Shown: piece after piece, positions 38,399 to 50,082 of the stretch | How positions within the stretch are numbered: the stretch's first letter is position 1 | How the letters are laid out: each line of letters begins with the position of its first letter | Source: Eledone cirrhosa | Lineage: Eukaryota | Reading direction: 5' to 3' | Length of the DNA: 64,000 nucleotides | Assembly (NCBI GenBank): GCA_964016885.1 | Contig: OZ024744.1 | Span: forward strand, 58,838,001 to 58,902,000 | Program-made: the position numbers and the translations under genes | Notes under the pieces: generated by a model | What the model was told of the DNA's origin: nothing | Databases searched by the model: none | Seen by the model: the letters and a program-made list of their open reading frames with translations, nothing else

Positions 38399-38489
38399 TC
38401 GGGTTGAGGTCTTTGGTCCCACAAACTATCAAATTCAGATCCTTCTGGAATTTCATCTGCATTCCAAATATCTTTTGACTGTTTGATAT
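38399..38489 (-). CDS. DNAAF6: DNAAF6/PIH1D3-like coding exon 3 (D-IKQSKDIWNADEIPEGSEFDSLWDQRPQP-E)
   Basis: Acceptor tttatttgaaaag, donor gtaagt; 91 nt, phase 1 to 2; diagnostic KDIW..E..EG.EFD..D.RPQPEY motif. Confidence 0.92.
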
Positions 38490-41400
38490 CTTTTCAAATA
38501 AAAATAAAAGCAATGCAATCAGTCATTAATATATTATCAATCTCAATTTATAATTACTATTTTGCATTAGTTATTAGCAACTAAAAGATTTGGCACCAGA
38601 AAGGACATCCAACTTTAAAACATTGCTTCAAAAGAACCCTGTGATGAGTATGAAATCTTTCAAGAGGCTTGCTTTGGCATGAAAATACCCTTAAAACTCT
38701 GGTTGTTGTAGTAGTAGATATAAATATATATCATCAACATCCTGCTTTCATTCTTGTTAACTAAAACTTTGATAGGTTTATTTTAAGGTTCAGCTATGTA
38801 AACTGGGACATGGGCATATGGAAGTTCTCCCAGACAGGCTGTCATAAACTCTTCTGTTATAGCCTTAGAAAACTATAATAAACAGGAAGGCGCTAAGAAT
38901 GAAGCTTGAAGGACACCTACCTGCATGATGAATTCTTCATTGCCAACCCGTGCCTTGTTAACAACTTCACTGTACTTAACTTGCATAGCTTCCATAATTT
39001 TATGCATCTACACCTAGTTTTCTTACCCACCACCAAACATGGAACCCTGCCACAACCCTTTTTTAGGTCAATGAATGCTAGATGTAAGAGGTTTGATTTT
39101 TTGCCATGAATTTCTCTTACAGTTGTCTCACTAGGAAGTGATTGTAACTCATACTGTATCTCATTTAAGTAATTTTCTTCCTATTTGGTTGTGCTACATC
39201 TCTTTCTATCACATTTTTAACATGATCCATTAGTGTTGACTTAGAGCATCTTATATACCCTTGTAGCAGTTGATAATACCCTTGGAGCAGTTCATGTCAG
39301 TCATTTGGAACAACTGTCTTACTGTATTCTAAATCTAAAGTCTGTCTCAAGCCCAGAGGCTCATCAGACCAGTGCTTATCCTGGTTTCTATGGCATTAAG
39401 CGACTGGGAGTACAAGACTCCCTCTTGCGCAGGACACCAGCTATTATGGGTACTCATTTTCAGCTAAGTATATTGGAGCAATGTGAAATGAACAGTTTTG
39501 CTCAAGAACAGAACACAAAACCTAGTCATTATCATAGTAAATCCAATACCCTAACCTTAGACCACATGCTTCCACCCCTTCCTGTATTACCTAATTGATT
39601 ATACAAATGATGAGAATGTATCTGTAACAGAATATATTATGTGTGGTTGTAATGATAAGTGGATGGATGGATGTAACAGTTGGTATGGTGGTTTCGATGT
39701 AAAGAAAAATACCAGGTTTGTGTTATTACAAAGTTTATTTTATTATAACAATATTCAATTTGAATATTGAATGATAAAATCAATAACACAAAATATTCAT
39801 ACAATAATTTGGTGGCTCTTTGAGCCACGTAAATTCAAGTATCACAGAATACGATTATAATATAATTTGTACAATATGTGTAAACAGAAATGGTGCGTGT
39901 AAAAATACTGAACTCACTATGAATGTGTGTGTGCGTATCAGTATATTTACTTGTTTGTATTGCAGGAGTCAGCGATCAGCCAGGAAGGTGAGAATAAGTG
40001 GCAGACTGGTTTTTCGTGACGAGAGCTTGTAAAAACAACTTGTCTTGTCTGTATCTCACTTCTTTTCTGTCGGGGTGTGAACAACCCTTGTATTTATAAG
40101 AGTTGAAGTTAGAAGGATAGATATATCCTCTGAACTTTGGTTAGTCTCCCAAGGGATTAATTTGCCAAGCGTAAACAAGTCAGAAAGATGGATATATCCT
40201 CTGACCTATTTTCTGTCAGGCGTAACCACCTCTGACCTGTGTTTAGCCTCTCCCAAGGGGTTAGTCTCTTGAGCGTAAACAACTTACCACTGCTTGTCCC
40301 AGAGGCGGGAAAGCTCAGATTCGGTTTTGAATCTTCGCCGCCGTTATATATCCTACTACTTCAGATATTTTCAGTATCTCAGCAACTATCTCTGACAGCC
40401 TGGCTGCTTTCTTTGTCTTCATATTCTTAATGACCATCTTGACCATATAGCTATCAGTTACAATAGGTAGTCTCTTTGTTGTGTCTTTTTGAGATAAGCC
40501 TTCTGTTTCCTATGTATTCTCTTCCCTCAACAACCTCTTGTAATAGTTGGTTCCTTTATTGGGTCTATTTGGAGAGGGGGCAGTCCCTCTCACTACCACA
40601 TTCCCCTCATTCAGCCATCACTAGCAGTCACATTCCATGCCTTCTTCTCTGCATCAGTGAAGGTGGGTGCACCTCTATCATTACATACAACACTTTCAAC
40701 AACAACACTTTCATTCACACTGACAGACTATGTTGCAATCACCTCATACCTCTGATTCTCATGTTACAGAACATTAACAAAAAAAAACAACCTTACTTTC
40801 ATCTTCTCTCCTTGCTTAGTATACTTAATGTCTAGCTTCTCTTCTTGCTACCTGCTATTGCTCCTTGCTCTCCATATTCTCTCATTCTTTCCAAGTCAGT
40901 CTCATTACTTTTATATGGCTCTATCTACTGTACCATTCCACCACCATGTCACTTTTGACCTGACTGAATGAAACCTTGCTCCACCCACAAATCTGGTCTA
41001 TGCCTCACAAGTAGGTTGTCTTGTACATATTCCCAGTTGTCTTCTGCCTCCTCTGCCTTCTTAACATAAATATCACTTCCTTTCTAATGACACAAATAAC
41101 TAGCTCAAGTTGACTGATACATTCTTCACTGGGAAAATTACTTAGTATTCACAACTAGATGTCTATCCTGTTTCCTGGTGTTTATGAATTCTATCTTACA
41201 ATTAGGATGCAAATTAACAGTGTCATTAGAGCATTAAATAAAATACCTCTGTATTTGTTCCAGTTCACTGCACTCTGAACTCAAAATCCCCCAAAGTCAA
41301 CTTTACTTTTCAGCGGATGGAGGTCAATAAATAAAGTAGCAGTCCAGGGGGCAGTGGATTGGTGGAATTGTTAAAAAGTTGGACAGGATGTTTTGTGGTA

Positions 41401-41829
41401 TTTAATGTGGTTCTGTGCTTTCTGAGTTTAAATCCCACTTCCTTCTCCCAAGAGCTGTGACTCGTAGATAGTATCAGCAATGAAAAACGAATGAAAGCAG
41501 TGTTTCTTTTCCTTCATCATCATCGTTTAACGTCCATCTTCCATGCTAGCATGTGGTGGTTCTATCAGTATCAGTAATGAAAAGACCAATGGAAACATTG
41601 TAACCTTGGTCTGATCTGTCAAATGACACCTTTCCTTCTTTTTCTAAATGTTCTTGTGGCATCTACTCCAGTGGTGGAAAAGCATTGAGAAGTAGGATAC
41701 ACAAAGCAAGATGGCACTCTTTTACTTTTCAATTTTTCTTTGAAGTGGGGTACCCATAGAATCTGTTGTCTTACCCTCCTTCTCAATCTCAGCCTCACAG
41801 ACCTTAGCACACTCATAGTGCCTAAAACT

Positions 41830-42255
41830 CATTTCCTGGGCTATGACTGCAGAGGACATGCATAGAATGGAGAGAAATGAAGCAACCATGCTCTGTTGGA
41901 TGTACAATGTAAGTGTGAGAGAGAGGCAGAACTTGGATGAGTTGAAGGAGAATCTGGGTTTAAGAGGAATTCAAAGTAGTGTGCAGGGGAGAAAATTACA
42001 TTGGTTTAGACATGTGATGCGCATGGACAATAATCTTTGAGTGAAGAAGTATCAGGAAATGCCAGCAAAAAAAAGTCACGATAGAGGTCAACCAAGAAAG
42101 ACCTAGGCAGAGGTTGAGAGGGCTGACCTCAAATCACTGAAACTCACAGATGCAATGACATAGGATCGCGATATGTGGAGAGATGCCGTGCTGAGAAGAA
42201 CCTGCTCAATGCATGCAATCCTGGAAAAGCAGACGTAAAAACAATGATGATGATC
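41830..42255 (+). mobile_element. RTE family B 3' fragment
   Basis: AEDMHRMERNEATML..LHWFRHVMRM; short 3'UTR and (ATG)n tail. Confidence 0.8.
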
Positions 42256-43120
42256 TGGTTTCTTTATAGTCAGCATTTTGAAAATGAAGGTGTTATATTA
42301 ATTGAATAGACTTCAGAATATTACTGGTAGTCTATATACTGCAGTATATTGCTGGTACTTCATAAACCTCAGTATATTACTGATAGTTTATATAAACTAC
42401 ATGAACAGGCAATACCATTGATTGAATCAAATGGAGCACTCATTACTAGAAACAACAACATTACTGGTACTACAATGACTGCATAGAAAATAAAGTTAAT
42501 GAATCCAAACAGTATTTGGAATCACGTGAAATTAAATTATTGATCTTAAAATTGCTTGGGTGCATGGCTGTTTGATTAAGAGACTTGTTCAACAACTATG
42601 TGATTCTGGGTTCAACCCCACTGCACAGCATATTGGGCAAATGTCTTCTATCAGAATTACAAATTTACCAAATCCAGGTGAGTGATTTCTGGCTGACAGA
42701 GAATGTGTGGAAGCCTGCTAAAAGTACCACAGCAGTTTCTGATTAGTGGATTTAATCTATTGCCCAGTCTAACACAATCACCACCTGACATGTGGTTAAG
42801 GAGTTTGGTTTGCAGCTATGAGCTCTCAGATTCAGTTATACTACTGTCTTTTACTCATGTCTTTTACTATATATTATTCCAGATTAATCAATGTCTTGTC
42901 TGTGAAATTTGGTTGACAGAAACTGTGCAAAAGACCATCATGTGTGTATGTTTGTGTGTGTGTGTGTGTGTGTGCAAGAGAGAGTGTATGTGCCAGTGTT
43001 TATTTATGTAACTTAGCAGGTTGATCAAATAATTACCAAACTTAAATATATGCACTGAGATTGATATGACTGACCAATATAAGAATAAAAGAATAAAAGA
43101 ATGTTGATAAAGAATTTAAC

Positions 43121-43199
43121 CTTTTTCAGTGGTGTCGTCATTAGAATTCTTCTGAGAGCCAATGTGTCCAGGACCAAAAACTGAATAGCCACTACATAC
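43121..43199 (-). CDS. DNAAF6: DNAAF6/PIH1D3-like coding exon 2 (VCSGYSVFGPGHIGSQKNSNDDTTEK-D)
   Basis: Acceptor ttttaattctag, donor G|gttaaa; 79 nt, phase 0 to 1; GPGxIG motif. Confidence 0.88.
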
Positions 43200-43427
43200 C
43201 TAGAATTAAAACAAAATCACAATGTCAGTAATGATTACTCAAGGGATTTAACCCCCAGATACATACACACACACATGCATATATACAGGATGTGTGAAAA
43301 GAAACACTCTATTTACACACACGTGTGTATGTGTGCAAATAGGGCATTTCTTTTCACACACTCTGTATATATGTGTGTGTATATATATATCAAATGATTC
43401 TATGGACATACTTTATAGTATATATAC

Positions 43428-43493
<66 letters not shown>

Positions 43494-44562
43494 AGAGAGA
43501 GAGAGGGGAAGAATCAACCCCAGTACAAGACTGGTACTTTTTTATCGACTTTGAAAGGCTGAAAGGCACTTGGTGGGATTTGAACTCAGAGAGCAGAGAG
43601 CCAGAAGCATTCTATCTGACGCTCTAACGACTCTGCCAATTCGCTGAGTTCAGATCTAGCTGTCAAAATGGCCAGAGCTCAGCCATTATTGACTGCCAAA
43701 CAGTACTCTTAAATTCTAAGCTTAATCATAACTTTAAAATTCTACCCTAAAAATTTATCATGCCTCCTTCTACTAGCTCTTTAACTAAATCCCCCACCAG
43801 TGTGAATAACTAATAATCGTTTGGTATACGCGATGATCAGCCAACGGTGGCAGGCTTACCACTAGCACCCCCAGTGCTTGAGACAGTTAACATTCCTGGA
43901 GTGCTTGGAAAAATAAATTTCCCTTTCTTTCGGTAGACGAAAATACTCGGAACGGTTGACACCCCATTGGGCTCTGGATGGTTATTGACTGCCAAACGGT
44001 TCTCTTAAATATGGGCTTAATCTTATTTTTTTTATCGTAATCTAAACTTTATATTCTACCCTGAAACTTTATTGTGACTATCAATAATACATTTAACCTT
44101 TTCATAAATGCCTCTTTCTGTAAATTCTTTAACTAAAGTTCCCAACTTTAAACCTAAATAATACTTTTCTAATCTTATCTTAAATTACATCTTTTAATTC
44201 TAAACATAAATTTTACATTTCTAATCTTTAATCATAATTTCTGACCCTACAATAAAAAAAAATCTACTAAACAGGTGCCCACTATATATAGTTTTGTTAA
44301 AGATGTATATATTTTTTTAAAATATATTTCTTAGCACTTTTTAGCACTTCTGACCAACTTCTATCTAACCTGATCCCACCACTACCGGGGTGGTAGTAGT
44401 GCACTATAAGCTTACGGGCCTTCACCAGAACGACATAACAAGACTTAGTAGTCCCCTCACTTGAAGGTGGCCAACCGGACTGGCAACTGCTAATTTTTTG
44501 GCCGCCTTCTCCTCTCTCTGCTTTTTCAGCCCCATCGATTATATTCTTTTGTTAAATTTCGA

Positions 44563-44620
44563 ATACCTGATGATGTCACCGGATTCATACTGAACCCAGT
44601 CATTGAAATGTTCATAGTAT
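44563..44620 (+). ncRNA. Type I hammerhead ribozyme motif (Penelope pLTR-type)
   Basis: Helix I ATAC/GTAT; core CTGATGA at 44567-44573; imperfect extended helix II; GAAA at 44605-44608; short helix III TG-TT-CA; ATA cleavage triplet; followed by AATAAA. Confidence 0.7.
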
Positions 44621-44835
44621 AATAAACCTTTAAGGAATTACACCAGTCCAGCCTCCTGTTATTTTATAATAATTAACTCCGTACTCGCACCACCAACATC
44701 ATAAACGAAGACGGGTGAGTTGCATTATGTTGAGTGCTCTCCCTAATATTACATCGAGGTTGACCATACGGAATGACCAGTTCTATCCAGTGGTGAACCA
44801 ACAAACCTAAATGAATATATAAATATATATATATA

Positions 44836-45205
44836 TCATCATCATCACCATTTTACATCCGTTCTTCCACGCTAGCATGGGTTAGACAGCTTGTCCTGTT
44901 GTGGGCAGTAGCCGGTCGACTGACCATGTCTTGCTCCTACGGGAACTGATTCTGGCTTGATTTCTACAGCTGGATGCCCTTCCTAACACCAACCTCATTT
45001 ACAGTGAGTGTGCTGGGTGCTTTTTTTTTCCGTAGCGCCTACACGTCCACTTTACAGTGTGGGCTGGGTGCTTTTTTGCCATGGCACCTCCACGACTACT
45101 TTGCAGTGGGAAGGGGTGAGAGCATATTGTCTATATGCTTCAGCTTCGGCTTGTACCCGTGGGAAGTCGGGTCTTCTGTATTACTGCATGATGCCAGTGG
45201 TCACA
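44836..45205 (-). mobile_element. RTE family A 3'UTR fragment
   Basis: Reverse complement of ~11795-12160, with the (ATC)n tail next to (TA)n. Confidence 0.9.
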
Positions 45206-45207
45206 GC

Positions 45208-45368
45208 ATTTAACTAGTGTATTACTGGTACTTTATTTTATCGACCCTGTAAGGATGAAAGGCAAAGTTAACCTCGGCGGGATTTGAACTCAGACCATAA
45301 AGGGCCGTAACTCTTTGCTGCAAAGCATGGTGTCCGACCCGCTACCGATACTGCCAATCCACCGCCCG
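45208..45368 (-). mobile_element. SINE family S1 (a degenerate minus copy also lies at ~43510-43645)
   Basis: Reverse complement of the S1 head (GGGCGGTGGATTGGCAGTATCGGTAG) and core. Confidence 0.88.
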
Positions 45369-45787
45369 ATGTTAGAAAAAATAATGCACATACACACACA
45401 CCCATGCAAACAGACACATATGCGCAAATGAGGCATTATCAGAAAGTTCCTTGACCAGGCCTACAACAAGCACACAAATATGCCAGTAAATAATGGATTT
45501 CATATATTATATATGTTTAGGCACCATCTACTTCAAAATAATCTTCCTGGGAATGTACATGCTAATCCCAGTACATCTTCCATGCCTCAAAAACATCATG
45601 GCAGCCCTCATCCTGAAGCCATCCAATACCATTTGTAATTCCATTTGAATTTCAATTTTATATCCTGTCTAAAAACAGCATTCCTTCAACTTTAATCATA
45701 TCAAAATTTAAAGTCTGAACTCTAATACAGAAAATTTTCACAAAATTTGCACTATTAGTAAAATTACTTAAAAAGGTGAATTAACTA

Positions 45788-45954
45788 CCATATTTCCCAG
45801 CGCCAAAGAGGCTTTGTCCTCGAAGATGCACCCTAATTTTGACAATCAAAAATTTGAAAAAAATAATAAACAACCTTCAGCCTCCAGGACACATGGTAGA
45901 TTTTTTAGACTTATTTTAGGAAAAAAGTAGAATCTTCGTCGCCAGGGAATATGG
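45788..45954. mobile_element. pogo/Tigger-like MITE
   Basis: TA|CCATATTTCCC.GCG ... CGCCAGGGAATATGG|TA; imperfect TIRs with TA TSD. Confidence 0.7.
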
Positions 45955-46189
45955 TAACTGCATGAAACCACATTAGCAAGACATTTTTGATAAGGACAAG
46001 ACAGCACTTTGACTGTATCATATTAAAATGTTAAGTCTTTCCTCTAATACTGCAAATTTTTGTGACACTCTATCCACTAATACAGATATAAGCATTTGGA
46101 TTAACAAACCCACTGATATTTTTTTTAGATATGTTTAAATATTTTCTTCTGAATCACTACTTTTTATTAAGAGTTGAATGAGTACTCAC

Positions 46190-46273
46190 AGTATCTGAGT
46201 CACTATCACTGTCGTCAACAGGTTCTCTCAGAAGATTGGCTAGCCTTCTAATGTCATAGTTCTGGAAAGTCAT
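46190..46273 (-). CDS. DNAAF6: DNAAF6/PIH1D3-like first coding exon (MTFQNYDIRRLANLLREPVDDSDSDSDT); exon extends to 46297 as 5'UTR
   Basis: Donor gtgagt at 46189; polypyrimidine tract and AG at 46298-46299; 28 codons, phase 0; L.NLL..P..DSDSD resembles the PIH1D3 N-terminus. Confidence 0.82.
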
Positions 46274-46905
46274 CTCAGAGTTACCAAATCCCTCAAACTT
46301 CAATTGAGAAGAAAGCCAATAAAAGAAAAAGAAAAAGTATAGCAAAGGTTAATAGTTAAAGAGGGAACTCAACATTTTTCTTCCTAATAAGGTTTTTTTT
46401 TTTAAATTAAAAGCTGTTTCTGAGTCTGCATGTGGATCAATATATGTGTACATGTGTCTTTGCATGCATGTTGGTGTATGTGTGTTTCTGTTTGTGTTTG
46501 TATGTATGGGTGCAAATTCATTGTGCATGCACACACACACAAACACAAATATATATAGAGAGAGAAAGGAGAGGGCTGGAGGATCAAAAGAGCTGGCTCC
46601 ATGCTGTGATGATGAAGACTCAGCCACAAGCTCACATGAGCTCACCCATTCATATGCCCTTCCACAAGCACTCCGCAACAGCTGTCCTCACCACTACTAC
46701 ACCCACCACTCATACCCTTCAAGAATCACTCCTTAACTACCCTGCTTCTTCTAAAACCCTTAGATATCCTCACCATAGATATCAGATGCAAAAATATCGT
46801 AATTCAGGGCATACTCATATGGTATTATTATGGAAACAACAATAATTATATTTTGTAATTCATATGACTAGACAGGAAAAGTAAGCAATAGAGAATTTTA
46901 CTTAC

Positions 46906-46944
46906 AATTACAAATTAAATTCTTGCCTATACTGTTGTTTCGGA
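46906..46944 (-). other. Candidate 39-nt 5'UTR exon of the DNAAF6-like gene
   Basis: Acceptor tatttttctcttag and donor gtaagt; if spliced, it places an in-frame TAG upstream of the ATG at 46273. Confidence 0.45.
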
Positions 46945-47269
46945 CTAAGAGAAAAATAATACCAATTATCATGATTAAAATAAAACAGATAATTAGCAAA
47001 TTTAAGGAAATGGTCTTTATCAGTAGGCAAAATAAATACTATGCTTGGGAAGTACAAATTGAAAAATGAACTCATGTGTTGTTAAGAGTAGCTAACATCA
47101 TGCTGGAATTAGATGAGACTGTAAATTTTTTTTATTTTTTTTTGTAACAAGAAATATGACTGCATTAAATGGAAAGCAAACAGGTTTGGAGAAGAGCTAG
47201 AAATAGCTCACCAACAACTTCAAATAGAGCAACTTAACAAATTAGCAAAGTAGTATATATCTCCCTCTC

Positions 47270-49200
47270 TATCTCCACCACCCACGTCCACTTCTTAGAC
47301 ATCTCCATCGCCATCGACCCCTCCCACCGCTCCCTCGTCACCTACGCCTTCTTCAAACCCACCAACTCCCACTCCTACCTCGACTTCACCTCCTCCCACC
47401 CTACACACACTAAACACTCTATTCTCTACTCCCAACTCCTCCGGATCCGCCGCCTCTGCAGTCAAGATGCTGACTTTGAGTCCCAAGCCTTTTCCCTAAT
47501 CAGCCATTTCATCCGGCGAGGTTACCCCCTCCCCTCCCCCCCGCTCTCTCTCTGTCCGGCACGCCTTCCGCTGCACCTCCTTCAACCTAGTCTATGGACT
47601 TCACTGCACGGAGTGCAGCGCACCCTACGGCTGACAGACTGGACGTCGACTGGCGGACCGTTTCTCGGAACACCTCCGGGATATTCGACTCGGCGGTAGT
47701 TTCCCCATCGCCCGCCACTTTCGCTCCCCTGGACATTCCGCCAACCACCTCACAGTCTGTGGCCTTCTCCAATGCCATGGAACACCAGCCACCCGCCTCA
47801 CGGTGGAACAACACACCATCTTCACCCTCCAGAGCCACACACCCCCCGGCCTGAACTCCCCACCCCTATTCCTTTAGCCTTCGACCGCCCACCCGACCGA
47901 CTGCCCTTTCCCCACTAACACACTTCCCATTTCACCCCCCCCCCCCTTGGCTCATCCCACAACTAACATACTAACACCCCACCCCACCCCTCGGCCCTCC
48001 CACAACTAACTATACTAACATCCCCACTCCTCCCACTAACATACACACACCCACCTGAACATATATACACGCACTCACATTATCCGCACACCCTACTACC
48101 ACCACTAACCCTCACCCACACATCCACTCTGACCACCCCACAACTAACATCACTAACTTCCCCCCGACCCCACGCACAGGAACACACACCATCACACACA
48201 CACACACCCACACCTATGTACACCACCCACTCCACACACCCAACCACCACTAACCCCCACTTACACACCCGCTTTCCACCCTTTCCCCACCACATGTAAT
48301 ACTAACACCTACTAAACCCCCTTTACCACACACACACTCATCCAAACACGCACACACACCAGTACACTACACTCCCTCCTCCGTCCCCAACACCTCTTCT
48401 CTCCCTCTCTCTCTCTCCCTCTCCCCTCTCCACCCACACCCCTTCACTCACACACATCCCATTAACACCTCTACTAATATTACTAATATACATCCCATCG
48501 CCCCACTTCACCACCTTCCCCCTCCACCCTTCACACCTACCCATCCTCTCCCCTGTCCACCGCACCTCCGCACACACAGTCCTCACCTCACCCCACCTGT
48601 CATCCCACTCTACTGCTATCTCTACACCCTGTCTTGACCCTCTGACCACTTCCTGTTGCACGCGCACCCCACTTCCCTCCACTTCCTACCACCACCAACA
48701 TTGGATTCTACACCTTCGTTCATCTCTCCAGCCATCCACTCTATAACATGAAAAATATCCAGCACCTCTCCACACATCTGACGGAACTACCTCAGGAACT
48801 TACCCACGAACATACACTCACACATTTTTGTTCGCACCATGCCACCCACATCCACACCACATATAAACACAAACACACACGTGCGTACCCCCACATATAC
48901 ACAACCTCCGGAATCCACCCTTATACGCCTCACACCCTTCCACCACTTGTCCATCTTATTGTTTATTCTTATGTTTATTTTTACGTCTATTTTTATTTTT
49001 ATTTGACCTCCTTCCCCCTTTTTTCTAAATGTATTTCCCCACACCCTCTGAACTCTCTTCCTAACCTATTTACTCCTGAAGAAGGGCTTATGCCCGAAAC
49101 ATCGTTCCCCACCCCCCACCCCAGCTCCCCCACTCTCAAAAGCGTGAACTTAATAAACCTTTATTTGTCTGCCTCTCTGTTTCGTTCCCATATAAATTTG
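47270..49200 (+). mobile_element. Penelope-like element (Neptune-type) 3' fragment, internally deleted, with C-rich 3' region and hammerhead core
   Basis: VHFLDI..FKPTNSHSYLDFTSSHP..YSQLLRIRRLCS..RGYP; GIY-YIG C.S.NLVY..C..C..RFSEHLRDI..ARHF..E...IFTL....P.GLN. Confidence 0.88.
49076..49106 (+). ncRNA. Minimal hammerhead ribozyme core of the Penelope pLTR
   Basis: CTGAAGA-A-GGGC-TTAT-GCCC-GAAAC-ATC-GTT; helix I pairing is not evident. Confidence 0.7.
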
Positions 49201-49237
49201 CACTATATATATATATATATATATATAGATACATATA

Positions 49238-49832
49238 TGACGAAGGACTATTTTTATCATATGTAACCCATGTGCAAACCACGCAGTATTCTTCTTTCTT
49301 CTCATGTTTTTTATATATATTTACCTCGTCTGCGTTTGTCTGTTTCTCTCTTATTGCTTCCCCGCTCTCTCTGTTTCTCTCGCCCCCCTCTGTCAGTTAC
49401 ACTTTCTCTCGACTGACCTCTTCCTCACACTACCACTCACTCACTCTCTGTTTCTCCCCTTCTCATTTCCTCCCGTTTGGCTTCTGTGGGTCTCTTCTTG
49501 CTCACATCTCACACACATCAACACGATCTGTACCTCTCTCGCTCATGAAATCCACCCAGCTTATGCTGACCGGACAACCATGTTGCTTGTTTATTTTCCT
49601 ATCTTCGGTTTGCTTTTATCCTTCTATGTTGTTCACTTGTCACCCTCGCCTTACGCGAATTCTGGTCCCAATAACTTTTTTTAGTTACTGCTCGCACCAA
49701 CCTGAGGTATCTGATTTTTAATGCGATGAAATACCAATGATGGTTGGAAAATCACTGACAAAGGACTATTTTTATCATATGTAACCCATGTGCAAACCAC
49801 GCAGTATTCTTCTTTCTTCTCATGTTTTTTTT
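49238..49832 (+). mobile_element. Non-coding ~518-bp unit plus ~75-bp terminal direct repeat with a degenerate hammerhead (solo pLTR / retrozyme-like)
   Basis: 49238-49311 is repeated at 49756-49832; CCAAC-CTGAGGT-ATC..GAT-GAAA..GTTGG at 49697-49747; flanked by (TA)n. Confidence 0.6.
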
Positions 49833-49838
49833 ATATAT

Positions 49839-50047
49839 AGAAATGAGATGATAGAGACTGGGGTCCCTATCATTCCACTGCAAGTGGTCGTGGAAGTGCC
49901 ACGGCAAAAAAGCACCCAGCACTCACTGTAAATGAGGTTGGTGTTAGGAAGGGCATCCAGCTGTAGAAATCAAGCCAGAATCAGTTCCCGTCCCACCCTT
50001 GCAAGCAGGGAAAAGCGGACGTAAAATGAAATGAAATGATGATGATG
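49839..50047 (+). mobile_element. 5'-truncated S2 SINE with chimeric RTE A/B tail
   Basis: Same hairpin junction as 20485-20510, then RTE A 3'UTR, then a switch near 49987 to the family B end CCCGTCCCACCCTTGCAAGCAGGGAAAAG. Confidence 0.75.
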
Positions 50048-50082
50048 ATATATATATATATATACACATATATATACATATA

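Noticed and set aside
39697-40350. Possible minus-strand solo LTR (reverse TATA and AATAAA, short internal repeats)
   Set aside because: No TSD, partner LTR or PBS could be confirmed.
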